Assembly: GCA_033442325.1 (NCBI GenBank) | Contig: JAWQFM010000020.1 | Location: 481,719 to 545,718 of the forward strand | Direction: 5' to 3' | DNA from: Salpingoeca rosetta | Lineage: Eukaryota > Protista > Choanoflagellata | Length of the DNA stretch: 64,000 bases | Shown here: piece by piece, positions 1 through 14,093 of the stretch | How positions within the stretch are numbered: the first letter of the stretch is position 1 | Layout: each line of letters begins with the position of its first letter | Notes under the pieces: generated by a model | Seen by the model: only the letters and a program-made list of their open reading frames with translations | What the model was told of the DNA's origin: nothing | The model's database searches: none | Position numbers and translations under genes: made by a program

Positions 1-1118
1 CCAGCAATACCACTGAGCATAGGGCGGTTCTCGACCAGCAGCAGGTAGCTCAGCAGCACATAGAACACAGAGCCCAGGTCGGTGTAGTACAGCGCATTGA
101 AGAAGAACAGCACAGGCATCCACGCCACCAACGTGGCGCTCAGCGCCTGCGTCCACGCATTCTCCTGTGAGTGGGGATGTGTAAAAGTTGGAGGAAATGG
201 AGCCACACGTGTGCGAAGTTGGAGGAAATGGAGTCACGTGTATCAGTGTTGATGATTGACGAGAAATCAACAGCCCCTTCTCGATTTGAACTCTCACTTT
301 CAGCATGTGGGCACACCCCAGAGCAACACCTTCAACCACGAGCGCCCGACGTGTGCCTTTCGCTGCGTGCACACACATACACAGGCACACAGGCACACAC
401 AGGCACACAGACACGCACACAGACAGACACACGCACACAGGCAGACACACGCGCACACACACAGACACAGACGCACTTTGGGGTAAAGACGCTGTCTGAT
501 TCGGAAAGCAACCCAGATGATGGCTGGAGTAAAGAGCGAGTTGATAATCCGCAGCCCCACAGGGGAACACACGAAGTTGATGTCGGACAGCCACTCTGCC
601 CCCAGCCACTTGGCGACACGTGTCACAAGGTTGGCCATCGCTGTGCTGTGTAGGTACCTGCCAACACAGGCAACAAAGACCCGAACACGGGAAATACATG
701 AGACAGAGAGAGACAAATCAACTAACCAGAAGCACAGATCATGGGCTTGAGCACGAAGAAAATGTAACATAACCACGAGAGCACAGGTACAACAGGTACA
801 TCCTGCACAAAGCAGCAGGACACCAGCAACACATCAACACAACACCAGCAACACATCAGCACAACATCACATCAGCACGACGCAATTGACATATCAGGTC
901 GACTCAAGTCGCACAGCAGCATGCCAGTGGACGTACGTGCCCGGAAACGTGGTAATCATGGGATCCCAGACGTCAAACTGCCCATTACAGTAGAAAAGAG
1001 CCTGTGGGCAGTGGAATTGCTCATCCATGTAGGGCTCGGGTACCTTGCTGCTGACGAGTGCATGCAGCGCACCCACCACAGCCACAGTCACCGCCAACCA
1101 CAGCCCAATCGTCATCAT
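1..1118 (-). CDS. ALG10: Dol-P-Glc alpha-1,2-glucosyltransferase (ALG10/DIE2 family), 5' part; continues off the left edge
   Basis: Exons 1118-937, 657-477 and 164-1 join in frame at GT-AG sites. Motifs EPYMDEQFHCPQALFYCNGQFDVWDPMITTFPGTYL, CSPVGLRIINSL and PVLFFFNALYYTDLGSVFYVLLSY match ALG10 hallmarks. Confidence 0.93.
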
Positions 1119-1209
1119 CGTTGCTGCTTGTTGGTCAGAAACTTGCAAGTCTTGGCGATTTGTGAATGTTGCCCATTGAAATTCGCCGACCTCGCCACCA
1201 AGAACGACG

Positions 1210-1929
1210 ATGATGATGATGCGGGTTGCTGTTTGTGTGTGTGTGGTGCTGGGGGTGCTCGTAGCTGCGCTCCCGCCTGCGGTTGTCCTTGCCGTGGAAG
1301 ACCCGAGCAGCAATGAGCCATACATGAGAGTTGACAATGGAGAGGTTCATATCTGGGGAAACGACGTCGTCCTTCACAGCACAGATGCTGGCCTGGTGTG
1401 TGTGTTTGTGTGCTTGTGTGCTTGTGTGCTTGTGTGTTTGTTGTGTGTGTGTGTGTTTGTTGTGTGTGTGTGCTTGTGCGTTTGTGCATGTGTGTGTTTG
1501 TGGGTTTGTTGTGTGTGTGTGTGTGCTTGTGTGTTTGCTGTGTGTGCGTGTGTGCTTGTGCGTTTATGCATGTGTGTGTTTGTGGGTTTGTTGTGTGTGC
1601 TTTTGTGTGTGTGTGTGTGTGCTTGTGTGTTTGCTGTGTGTGCGTGTGTGCTTGTGTGTATGTGTGTGCTTGTGCTACAGCTTGTTGTTTGTGTGAACCA
1701 CGCCCTCCATTCACTTGTCATGTGCAACTTGTGCTGCAGGATGTGAGCGCCAGCGGCTTGGCAGATGAGATCAGCAAGCTCGCCGTATCCGTGCAGGAGG
1801 CACAGGATTTGCTCGCTGATAACACGGACGACATTGTTGCGCTCTCTTCCGCACTCTCCGTTGTGAACACCACCTTCTCCACATCCATGTCCACCCTCCG
1901 CACAGACACCGTAAGGCGTGTGTGTGTCT

Positions 1930-1973
<44 letters not shown>

Positions 1974-2778
1974 GTGCGTGTGTGTGTGTGTTTGTGTGTG
2001 CGTGTGTGTGTTTGTGTGTGCGTGTGTGCGTGTGTGCGTGTGTCTGTGTGTGTCTGTGCCTGTGCCTGTGCCTGTGCCTGTGTGTGTCTGTAGCTTTAGC
2101 TGTGTCTCTTGCCTAAGCCTCTTGGTGACTTGAACAGAGTGATAGCGCTGTAAAACCGTGCAAGTGGGTCCTTGCTTTGCTTCTGCCTTTGCTGCATGTC
2201 CTCGTCTCCGCTCCTACTCACACTCGCAGACACATACATGCTCACCCGCACACGCACACGCACACGCACATACACCTACACACACGCACGCACTCACACG
2301 CGCATGCGTGACCAGTCGATGGAAGTATCTACACTGTCAACGATGGTGTCCAGCGAGTTGAGTCGGCAACTGTCGATGCTGTCGCAAGACATGACCACAT
2401 CCGTGTCCACCAAGATATCCACTGCCGTGTCCAGTCTCCGAGACGAGATGCACGCATCCGTGATCAGCTTGGGCACCTCCCTCCGCACAGAGGTGAGCGG
2501 TGCATGTGTATGCGAAAGTGCTGCCGTGGGAACGCATGATTGTGACACCACGGTGCCGTTCAAGCGATGGATTCCTCTCTTGACGCTGACGTTGACGCTG
2601 ACGTTGGTGCATCTTCTGATCATGCCACCACCACTTTGTTATCTAGGATGGTGTGCTGCGCGCCGCAATCGACAACGCCACGTCTCTTCTCGCCACGCGC
2701 CTCTCAACGCTCGAAGATGACGTGGACGTTGTCGTTGAGACACTCACCGGCAACACCCTCAAACGTCCGTTGCCTCTC

Positions 2779-2826
<48 letters not shown>

Positions 2827-3139
2827 TTGTCCTGTATTCTCCCTCACTCTCTTTCACACACCCTTTCACCCTGTATCACACTTCCTCTCCACGACTAACC
2901 TACACAATCACGCACACTTTTCCCCGATGTAGAGAATGAGCTGTTGGCACTGGCCAACGACACCATAGACCTGCGAAAGGAGATTGAAGCCATTGTACGT
3001 CTGGACATGACTGCCTTTGCTTGCAGCCATCCAATTGTGTGCAATCGTTCAACCCGCTGTTTGTGGCGCTTGAGCTGGTTCTCCACTTGGTTTCGAGCTG
3101 AACTCATCACGGCACGACGCTCATGCTTTACGCACACTC

Positions 3140-3206
<67 letters not shown>

Positions 3207-3697
3207 CACTCTCCCCCCCCCCCCCCCACACACACACACACACACAAACAAACAACCACACACACGCGCAAATACATCCCTCCCCTTGCTTCTCGTTTCA
3301 GAACGACGACCACCACAAGTACGAGATTGCGCAGGCCACGTGCACCGCTCTCAATGGCAACGGAGGTGCGTGCGTGGATGGCATGTTGGCTTCGGTTGCT
3401 TCGTTGCACCCCCCCCCCGCCCCACTTGTTTGTTTGTTGTTGTGAGCTTGATTGCTTGACTTCGTAGCTGTTGCACCTGCGCCATTCCCTTGATAAGCAT
3501 GCTCTGGTACCCAGCCACACCATGGCGTCACCCGTCCTCATGCTGCCGTGCACCTCTCGCCCGCCCCCAAACCGCCTCCTCCTCTTCCTCCTCCTGTTCT
3601 GCAGGCTGGGTGTATGCTGTTGAGCGCTACTGCAGCACTTCCAGTCCATCCTGTAGCAGCATCTGCGCAGACGAAGGCCTCCAGTCCCAGGACGGAC

Positions 3698-3789
<92 letters not shown>

Positions 3790-4445
3790 GTCGTTGTGGA
3801 TTTCATATCCCTCATTTCTTATTTCTCTCTTTTTTGTTTTGTTCTCATTCTGCGTGCCATATCGTTTGCTGTGACCGTATTACTTGTTCCTGCCGCTCAC
3901 GTGTGCCGCCTTACCATCCATGCACGCCACCACTCACCCCAATACACCATCACCCCAACACATCACCATCCCCATACACCACCCACCTCCCATACACTTC
4001 CACATCAACAGCTGAATGGGTACAACCTTGAGTGCTTCAACTCCCTGCACGTGTACTCGCGCGTCAATGACGAGCAATCACCGGAAGACGCCAGTATCTC
4101 CTCCCATCGCCTCACGTACAAGATCTACAAATACAACTCATGCGGAGGTGGTGCGTTTTCTGTTGTTGTTGCTGCTGTTCTTGTTGTTCTTGTTGTTCTT
4201 GTTGTTGCTGTTGTTGTTGTTGCCTGACGTTGGGCACATGGGTGTTCAGTTATTCAACTTCTTGCTCTTGCTAACGTTCTCGTTCTTGTCGCTGCATGGT
4301 TGGCCGCGTGACCTGCACTTTCCCTTTTCCATCACGTGCACATGCAACTTCGTCACCTCATACCTCCTCTCGCCCCTCCCCCTCTTTCCTCTTCTTGTGC
4401 ACAGGTGGCTGCGGCCCCAACTTCTGCTGCTGCCGGCTGGCGTGA
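1210..4445 (+). CDS. Secreted protein of about 350 aa: signal peptide, Ser/Thr-rich coiled coil and C-terminal 10-Cys domain of unknown function
   Basis: Nine exons 1210-1395, 1740-1910, 2316-2492, 2647-2764, 2933-2994, 3302-3365, 3605-3699, 4012-4150 and 4405-4445 are all GT-AG and phase-compatible (1053 nt). N-terminus [25 protein letters not shown] is hydrophobic; C-terminus ends [12 protein letters not shown]. Confidence 0.82.
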
Positions 4446-4762
4446 TGTTTCGGACTGGTGGCACGCCATGCGACACGAACACGCAACCCCATCTCCGCCT
4501 TGCTGGTGATGGTGTTGCTGTCTGCATGTCCACGCTCTGCCTGCCTGTTTGTTTCCCTCTCCCCTCACCCACATGCACACGCCTTACTTCCCACGCCTTT
4601 CCGTTGGCTCTTGTCTGTGCTGAGTTGACTGTTGTTACAATACATGCGCTTCCTGTTCTTTCCACCCGTCCCATCGCGTATCCGTTACCGGTTGTCGACA
4701 AACGAACCTGTTCCTCCGCTGTTGCATGCACATGCGCGCGTGCGTGCATGCGCGCGTGCGTG

Positions 4763-4820
<58 letters not shown>

Positions 4821-5076
4821 CCCGCCGTGTTTCGCCGCTGCTTTGTTGACATGAAGTTGTTTGCCAAGTGGCTGGTTTTGCGCGTGCGAGCGCGTGTTGA
4901 CGAGATGTGTTGACCCAATATGACACTGCTCTTCCCTCCCAAACCACAGCATATGGGCTCACATCGATCAGGTACACGCCACACACCGCACTATGCGAGC
5001 GAGCGAACAAGGACGCCGCCACCACGACACTTATCACCTCTGTCACAATGTTCCATCACACATCGCGCGTCCGTGG

Positions 5077-5465
5077 TCATATGCTGGGGCTGACGCGTCC
5101 CCCGTCACCGCCAGCGTCGTCCACATCAACACCGCTGCCCCTCAACCTGCACCAAACGCAGCCACACGTGAACGGAATCAGGAGAGCGCATGAAGCCCAC
5201 AGTGCATGCTTTGTGCACTCACACACATGCATGCACACGCACGCACACGCACGTACTTGGCAACCCATTCAACATCATTGTGTGTGTGTGCCTGTGTGTG
5301 TACGGACCTGTGTTCGAGCTGCTTCCACGCCTCGCCCTGGTTTCGCGCCAGCGCAGGGAACTCGTCCACAAACGCTTCGTAGTCGGGCAGCTGTCATCGC
5401 AGGCAACGTGGGATTGGAGGGAGAGAGAGAGAGAGACAGTAGCCGTGAATGGGTGCGTGTGTGCG

Positions 5466-5504
<39 letters not shown>

Positions 5505-7473
5505 ATGTGCATACTGGTCAAATCTGTCGTGTGGTGAAGTGTGGACAAAGACACGCGATCAAGGGGCACGTTTCGAAGCACTCATTGCACTCGCACCTTA
5601 AACACCCAGCCGTGTCCGCTGTAATGCACGGCGAGCTAAACGCGTCAAGCATAGAGAACGAACGAGCAGCAGACGAAAACAAGACGGGGGGGGGGTTAAG
5701 GTGGGGGTTTGCATACCAATACCACAGCTTATTGGAGCCCGCGAGAAACAACCAACAGCAGAAGAGCCAAACACGCACCTCCCCACACACACACACACTC
5801 ATACACACACACGCACATCCCCCCCCCACACACACACCCCACACACACACCCCATGCACACACACACACACACGAGCCATGGTGTACGCACGGGCTTGAG
5901 GATGAGCTCGACGTCTTCGCGGCGAAGAGCGAATTTCTGCATCACCTCCGAACGCTTCACAACAGCGCCGCGCCGGAAACACACGAGCTGGCAGACGGAG
6001 ACCAGGTGATGGTGGTGGTGGTGGTGGTGATGTAAATTGAGGGATGGGGTTCACAACACAGTTCAGGTTGACGCTGACCAAAGGAAGGCAACGTGCAACC
6101 AAGTATATGTGTTATGTGTGTGTATGTGTGTATGTGTGTTTGTGTGTGTGTGTGTGTGCATACAGAGTGGCAGCTGGTGCATCGTGGCCTGGGGGTGCTC
6201 ACCACATAGTCGCGGGCGCTGGCGAGGGCGGCGTGTGTTTGTGCGCGCGGATCACTGCCGTCGGTCGTGGCGGCGGCAGTGAAAACGACCGTGCTGCCAT
6301 GGCGGTGGTGATGATGCGTGATGGTGGTGATGATGCGTGATGGTGGTGGTGGTGATGGTGGTGGTGGTGAGGAGGAGGAGGGTGAGGAGGGTGAGGAGGA
6401 GGAGGAGGAGGAGAAGGAGGAGGGTGAAAAGTGAAGCAAAGGCGTGCCACATTCAGGGTGAAGCAGGCGGATGGTGCTGTGGAGAGGGGAACAAAGCCGA
6501 CGCAAGCGAAGCAAGGGAGAGGGTACACGCAGAGTGTGGCATGCGTACAGCTCTGCTGGTAGTGCTCTTCCAAATCACAACACCACACACACGCGCGCAC
6601 ACACATGCGTGCAGCATTGCACGGGCAACACAACGCCACGCAAGAATGCAGCAGCAGCCTGACCTGCGTGCAACCCAGTTGCCTCTGAGGAGAATGGCGA
6701 CGTCTGGAAGTGCCTCCATCACCGCCGCACCATCACGCAGATATCGAAGCACATCCGCCATCGGCAGCGCTTGCGCTGTGGCAGTGGCGGTGGCGGTGGT
6801 CGTGTGAGCGTGAGCAACAACACTGATCACGTCTCATGCAGCAATAGTATCGTCTGTTCCTTCAAACACACGCGCACACACACACACGCGCACACGTGAC
6901 GTCACCACTTGGGAACACAACACCACCAACATGTCCGTGGTTCGTGCGTGTACCTTGCTTGAACAGCTCAATGAGCGCCTCTCTCAGCGGCAGCGCCTGA
7001 ATGTCCGTGATGAACCGTTGCTGGCAGTGGAATATGGACAAACGCGCAGTGGTGTGTGTGGAGCAATGTGAGCAAGCAACCACGTACAGTTTCGCAACAC
7101 CACCACGCACAACGTAACACCACCGCCACCGCTAGAACCGTTGCCACTCCAACGACCGTGCGCGTGTACCTGTACAACGGGCTGTGTTGGGGTCGGGGTG
7201 AGGCGCGTGATGTACTCGTCTGGCTGCGGCTTGAGCGGTTTCGCTGCGCTGGTGCCGGCGTTGACCAGCTTCTGCGCAACTTGCTTCGCGCGGGGCGTCT
7301 GCAACGGAGACATGACAAGCAGCAAGAGGCATGAGGGGAAGCAAATGTGGCAGCCACGAGCGAGTGACAACCATGGTTCTCGGTGTGTATGTGTAGTTGC
7401 AGTTGCGTGCTCATGCCTGCGTTTGTGACCGTCAACATCAAGCCATGCGCAAAACAGCCCATCTCATGGAGTC

Positions 7474-7538
<65 letters not shown>

Positions 7539-7540
7539 CT

Positions 7541-7572
<32 letters not shown>

Positions 7573-7792
7573 CACAACAACAACTTAAACAACAACAGAA
7601 GGGGTGGGGGATCAAGAAAGGGACAGGGCGTGTGTTCTCACGTGCTTCTGGACGACCGGCATTTTGATCCATTCTTCCTCTTCCATGAGCGCCTGGTGGT
7701 GTGCATACGACCGCTCGCGTGCAGCCGTTGCCCGCGTGGTCTCACGCCGCTTCACTTGCATCTGCACACGTCAACCGCGCAAGGAGCCGTAG

Positions 7793-7851
<59 letters not shown>

Positions 7852-7984
7852 GACATTGGATCGTCAAACAGGGCCTCTTAGTCAAGCACACACACATACA
7901 GACATACATCTACCTGCTCGCACCCTGAGTTTTGTTGGCGGTTCGTCCGGTTTCTTCGCCCGAGCCGACGACACCTCTGCACAC

Positions 7985-8021
<37 letters not shown>

Positions 8022-9854
8022 GAACAAGCAAGTGAGAAGCACGTCTACTTCATCGCGCCTGTGTGTGCATATGTGTCCACGTGATGGGTGCGTGCAGTGT
8101 GGTGAATGCATCACCTGCTTGGTCGGCCGCTTTCTGTGCCGCCTCGCGTTTGTCCTTCTCATCTGACACAACACAGCACCGCCGGCACAGCAGCAGATAT
8201 ACAGCAAGGGGTTGAGCAAAACGTGTGGGCATGCTGCTGCACAGGTGTGTGTGTGTATGTATGTGTGTGTGTACGTGTCTTGTCTGCGTGTACGTGCACG
8301 TGTGCATGTCTTGTCCGCGTGTACGTGTACACGTGTGTGTACGTGTACACGTGTGTGTGCGTGTGTGTATGTTCTTCTCTCTCGCTGCATTGGGACTGTG
8401 GATGTGCAGGTGGCGCATGCGGTGCGGGTACCAAGGTAGCTGAGGCTGGGGCGCATCTGGAATACGGCCTGCACAGGGTTGATGTACAGCATTCCTGATG
8501 GCAGTCACACGCGAGGCATGAGCAGTAACACACGCAAATACCGCTCGAGTGAGGTTTGGTGTGATGGGTGAGGGCTGCTGTGCGAAACCAAGATTCGCGT
8601 AGTTGAACATCGCATGTCAAAAACACACACAGAAGCACATATTTACACGTTCACACAAACCCGATACTGATTCACATCTACGCAAACATATGTACAACGC
8701 AAATACACAAATACACATACACACACATGCACAAAACACGCGTCGCCCCACCGTTGTGGACGACACCAATGGCGTGCTGATTTGTAACCGCCTTCGCGAC
8801 CGCTGCCTTGGCCGGGACTTTCAAACCTCCTCCGCATGAGCAACCAGGTCCGCCCCTGCTCACAAGTGTGTGTGTGTGCATTCTCCGCCAAAATCTCCCT
8901 GCAGCAATGTGTGTGTGTGTGTGTGTGTGTAAGTGTGTGTGTGTGTAAGTGTGTGTGTGTAAGTATGTTCATGTGGGTGTGCGTGTGTGAGTGTGTGTAA
9001 GTATGTTCATGTGGGTGTGCGTGTGTGAGTGTATGCGTGCTCGTTTGAACGCGAGAGCTACATCGATGCAGGGAAGCACAAGAAGGATTGGAGGCAAGCA
9101 AACACCAGATGCACACATCTGTGCCTCAGGATACGCACCTCCCCCCCCCCTTCCACACACCCACACACAAATGCACACGCGCCCGACGAAACGCACGCTT
9201 TGATCCTGTCAACGTTCGGGCTCTCTGTATCGAGAGGAAAGTCCATTTCAAACGCCTTTTGTTGCGGCTTGATCCTCGATTTCTGCACACACACAAACAA
9301 ACACACACACACGCACACACGCACACACGCACACACAATCATGAACGTGAGGCGGTGTCCGTGGGCACGCTGTGGGAGCGGGGTGCAAATGCATATCGTG
9401 GTGGTTTCAGCGCCCTTCCCTCGCTCCTCCTCCTCCTGCCCTCATCTGNNNNNNNNNNNNNNNNNNNNNNNNNNNNNNNNNNNNNNNNNNNNNNNNNNNN
9501 NNNNNNNNNNNNNNNNNNNNNNNNNNNNNNNNNNNNNNNNNNNNNNNNGCACACGAGGTAGGAGAGTTGTCGATAGCCCCGACCATTCACACGCTCTAGC
9601 AAGTAGAGGTATTCATGCCACAACATCACTTTTGTGTGAGTACACGCAGGTGCAAATGAGCGGCAAGGGACTTGTTGAGGACGACGTCCAGCTGCGAGCG
9701 AGTCAGAAAACAAACCAGGAATGTGAAAGCAATGACAGCAAGCGGCAGTGGAAGCAGGTTCAGCAGCGTGCAACACAATGCAACAAGCAGGGTCTGGGAA
9801 ACACGACCACGTGTGTGGTGGCAGGCACGGTGGTGCGCGCGCGCGCACACACAC

Positions 9855-9892
<38 letters not shown>

Positions 9893-10066
9893 AAGCACAC
9901 ACACATGCATACACACACACACACACACACAAGCATACTCACACAAGCATACACACACAGCATACACATATGCACACGCATACACGCACTGCAGTGAGGA
10001 TACCTCGGCCACGAGCTCGTCATCTTGGCCAGGTGGCGGCTGTGCATGCTGGTGGTCGTCTGCCAT
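5077..10066 (-). CDS. POLR3E: RNA polymerase III subunit RPC5 (Sin-like), multi-exon; part is near the gap at 9449-9548
   Basis: Exon peptides DDELVAE/LDVVLNKSLAAHLHL, KSRIKPQQKAFEMDFPLDTESPNVD, LYINPVQAVFQMRPSLSYL, RERSYAHHQALMEEEEW, VAILLRGNWVAR, ARDYV/LVCFRRGAVVKRSEV and LPDYEAFVDEFPALARNQGEAW follow the order of RPC5 motifs. Last exon stop at 5077. Confidence 0.88.
7473..7597. repeat. (CAA)n/(TTG)n microsatellite in a POLR3E intron
   Basis: Direct reading; lies just inside the donor CAC|GTGAGA on the minus strand. Confidence 0.9.
9449..9548. other. Assembly gap
   Basis: Run of N. Confidence 1.
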
Positions 10067-10151
10067 GATGCTGCCCTTGCGCTTACAGTGCCGAAATTCA
10101 ATGCAAGCCATTCAGTAATCCTCTACAACCACCACCAACTAACTGCCGCCG

Positions 10152-10599
10152 ATGGATGTGAGGAGCGAGGATGCTGCGACAGCAACCACCGCTGTCACTG
10201 GCAATTCCCAGCAAGAACCCGAGCCAGTGCAGCAGCCAGCGCAGCAGCAAGAGCAGCAGCGAGAGGAGACACTGGGCTTGCTGACACATGCCTATGTTCG
10301 ACACGGCTGGAAAGTTGTTCGGCCGCGGCGGCTTTCGCGGGCCATGCTTGACGCCGTGTGCACGTCACTGGGCATGGATGTCACTGGCGAAGTGAGTGAG
10401 GGCTCCTTGTTCATATCCCACCCAGCTTTCTACTTGGAGGTGCACGTGGACCCGAAGACGCACTTTGTCACCAAAGTCGACATTGGCCATGATGTCCAAG
10501 ATGCAGTGGAGGTATGGATGACGGACAGTGCATGGTACCCTGCCCGGCCGAGGGGGGGGGGGCGGTTCTTGATTCGCTCGTGACTGCCATGCACAACGT

Positions 10600-10687
<88 letters not shown>

Positions 10688-11788
10688 CTCATTGTGTCCT
10701 TTTCAAACACACTGAAGCACCACCAACACCAACGCCATATCAAGAAACATAATGACGCTTGCATGCACTCACGGCCTACGCACTCGCACCCACACTCACA
10801 CCCTCACACCCCCGCTTTTCATTGTTCCAAGGAACCGCTGCTCCTGTTCTTCTTGGCGAACGAAGGCTTTCAGGGGTTTGGCAGCTACTTGCGCCCCGTG
10901 ACACAGGTGTGCTGTCGCTCACGTTGTGCTGGCAACAGCCATGGTCCCAAACGCCATTGAAGTGACCTCTTGAGCGCAATTCTTTCCTTGCCTCTCTCAC
11001 CCAGGTCTGGCATGTCATGACTGTTGCATCACCATCTCTAGTTTTATGATTCGTTGCGCATCCACATCACGGATGATGGTGCGCTGGAGGAAGCGCGACG
11101 CCAGCTGTATGCGGCCCTCACCAACCTGCGCCAGTATGTCGATAGGGAAGCCTGTTCCCTTTCTGCGGCCACCGCGGCCATTCCCTTGACCAACGCCGCC
11201 GCCATCAACAGCGCCACGGGCAGTGGCACCAGCGATGGCACTGGCGACAACAACAACAGCAGCAGCAGTAGTAGTAACAGAAGCAAGAGCAACAACGCGC
11301 GACACACGCCAGCATCGAACATGCGCGCTGGTGTCGCGCAGCTCCGCTCCCTCATCTCCACAGGCCTTGGTCTCACAACCACTCGCTTCACAGACTTTCG
11401 TGCGTTTATTACTTGGTCGTGCACGCTATACGTTCACGGGTGTCTGTATGCGTGTATGCATGTATGTGTGTGTGTGTTCATGTGTGCGTGTTTATGTGTG
11501 TTCATGTGTGTGAGTGCATGTTCGTGTCCGTTATTGTTCTCGCGATGCCGTTAATAATCAAACACAAACCCCGTTTTGCCGTGATGACGCGTGCGCGTGT
11601 TGCATGTGTGCAGGGACGTTTGGACCGGCCCTGCTGTGGTATCTCTCGCCCCAGCAGCAGAGCATCCTGCACCACCCGCGCATCGCTCTCTCGCGCACAG
11701 GTCGCCCATGCACTTGCGGAGTGATTCACGCGTGTGACCGTGGTGCCATGTGGAGATGACTTGTGTTTCGACAGCGAGCATGAACAGT

Positions 11789-11863
<75 letters not shown>

Positions 11864-12204
11864 GACTGGAACTGCGCGAATGGACGTGCGCTCGTGCGCA
11901 TGTGTCGTGTGATTGCTCATGCTGGTATACGCTCTTGCGCGGACAATTGCGTTGTCATCCACCACCCCACAACAACAACGGCGACGACGACGACGACGCC
12001 TTTGTAGGTGTGGAGAAGCAGCTGCCTGAGTGCGCATGTGTGTGTCTGGTCGGAACGCGCTGCGTTGCCGCTGATGACACGTGGGGATTTGCATGCACAA
12101 ATCTCGCCACGCAAGGTGTGTTGAAAACACGAAGCGAGAGGGACAAAAATCTAATCACTCATTGGGAGCAAAGACGATTCATGCACCTTGCGCCTTCCTC
12201 TGTC

Positions 12205-12246
<42 letters not shown>

Positions 12247-14093
12247 TGTGTGTGTGTCTGTGTGTGTGTGAGGGGGGAGGGAGGGAGAGACCCTCCATAT
12301 GCCTCTGTGTGGCCTTTTGTGTGTCAGTTTGCCTGCTTGTGGACTTGGGTGCATCGCCCCTACCCGCCTTCTCATGTTAACGTTTGCCGCTGGTGCTATG
12401 CGGTGGGTGCTGATGGTGTGCAGACGGCTCCAAGACCCCGTTCCCTGCCCAGCACTTCCTTCGCTTGACTAAGTGCGTCATCTTGGATGGCATTGTCCTC
12501 GCACACGCGCTTTCCATCCACGATGTGGATTTGCATTTTTTTGCTCTCTCCAATCACGCACACGCCAACAATGTACATTCACAAACCCACTTAAGACGCT
12601 CTTGCGCATTCACACACATCCACACACACACGCACACATTCGCGCACACACATACACACACACGCACCAACACGCACACATCCACACACACACACACCAA
12701 CACACACACACACACATGCACGCACGTTCATGCATGACAACGTGCAACTAACAATCCACAACATGCAACTACATGCACGCCCAGGCCCGTCATCGTCCCC
12801 TCCCACTTGGTGTCGGACTTGGCGGCGGTTGCAAAGTTGGATGAGTCCGTGTTGAGAACAAAGCTGCCCTCACAGCCTATCCTTCCCCAAGCTACCCCAA
12901 CACAGCAGCAACACGTGGTACGCACGGTTTTGTATGCACGTATATCTATGCGTGTGTGTGTTTGGGGGGGGTAATGGCGTGCCGTGCTGTTCACGCTGCT
13001 GTTCTTGTTCAGTGCGTTCTTTCCAACTTACATGCACCACTCCTGCTTGTGGACGCGCGCGCCTCCACAACCACTGTCGTCTCCCGTGCCTCACGAATGC
13101 CCAAGGTTGGCCATTACTTCGTGAGCATACACGCGGACGAGTCCACCACTTCTTCAACCGGCGCTGTTGTGCATGAACTGCCCTTTTCCTCACCAGAACA
13201 ACTACCACCACTCCTCCAAGTGAGCGCCCAGTGTGTGCGTGCTTGTGTCTGGGTCTGTGTCCGTGTCTGTGTTTGTGTCTGTATATGTGTCTGTGTCTGT
13301 GTGTGTTTCCTGGTTTGTAACATGTGCACTTTTGCTCACGCCTCACTGCAGATACTTCGGCAAAGCGTTGCGTTTTGCGCGCTACTCAAATCTGCGGTGA
13401 CACCGTCGTCTCTCGTGCAAGGTTTGCCAGCAGCTTGCTCGCCTGTGTGCGCTTCACACTCGAAGCACATGGCAAACACTTGCCACAAGCGCACATGCAC
13501 ACAGACAAGTAGCATTTTGAAGTTCCAGTTTGTTGTACATGTGCTCACTTGCGTTTATGTTCTTCCTTTTCCACTGCCAGGGTTTCCAAAGCGATCTGTA
13601 AAGATGACACTCGGTACTGTCGGCTCCGTGCTCACGCTGAAGCCACAAGACCCAGCAACAAACCGGCAGCCAAGCGGTACGCGCACGGCCATTTTGTCTG
13701 TATTGTACCCTCTTGACCACCTTTTTTTGTATCACTTGCACACGAGACGCATGTTGAATAACATACTGATACACAATGCCGCCCCGTCCCACTCGCGCCC
13801 CACGATTCGCGCGTTCACGCACCCAATCACACTCAAACACAAACGCAGTGACGCTTGAGGTTCGCCGTGACGGCGCTGTTGACTGCACAAGCGAGACAAC
13901 GGCTGTGCCAGCAACGTTGTCCGAGGTTGCATCAGCTCACCTCAGCATTCCACACATTCTGGCCAGTGTGCTCACCCAGAGTGAAGAGACCTCCCTGCAG
14001 CACCAGCACCAGCAGTCAGGTGATGATGGTACAATAGCAGCGTCCACGGCGAGGGCAAAACGCACAGCTGCCGAGGCGGATGCGTCGGTGTGA
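10152..14093 (+). CDS. MED1: Mediator subunit 1-like (Med1 domain only), multi-exon
   Basis: LFISHPAFYLEVHVDPKTHFVTKVDIGH, EPLLLFFLANEGFQGFGSYLRPV, GPALLWYLSP, FPAQHFLRLTKPVIV, LPFSSPEQLPPLLQILRQSVAFCALLKSAV and LSIPHILASV parallel the MED1 N-terminal domain. Start context gccgccgATGg. Confidence 0.75.

Noticed and set aside
7383-7672. PolyQ and polyC ORFs
   Set aside because: (CAA)n microsatellite inside a POLR3E intron.
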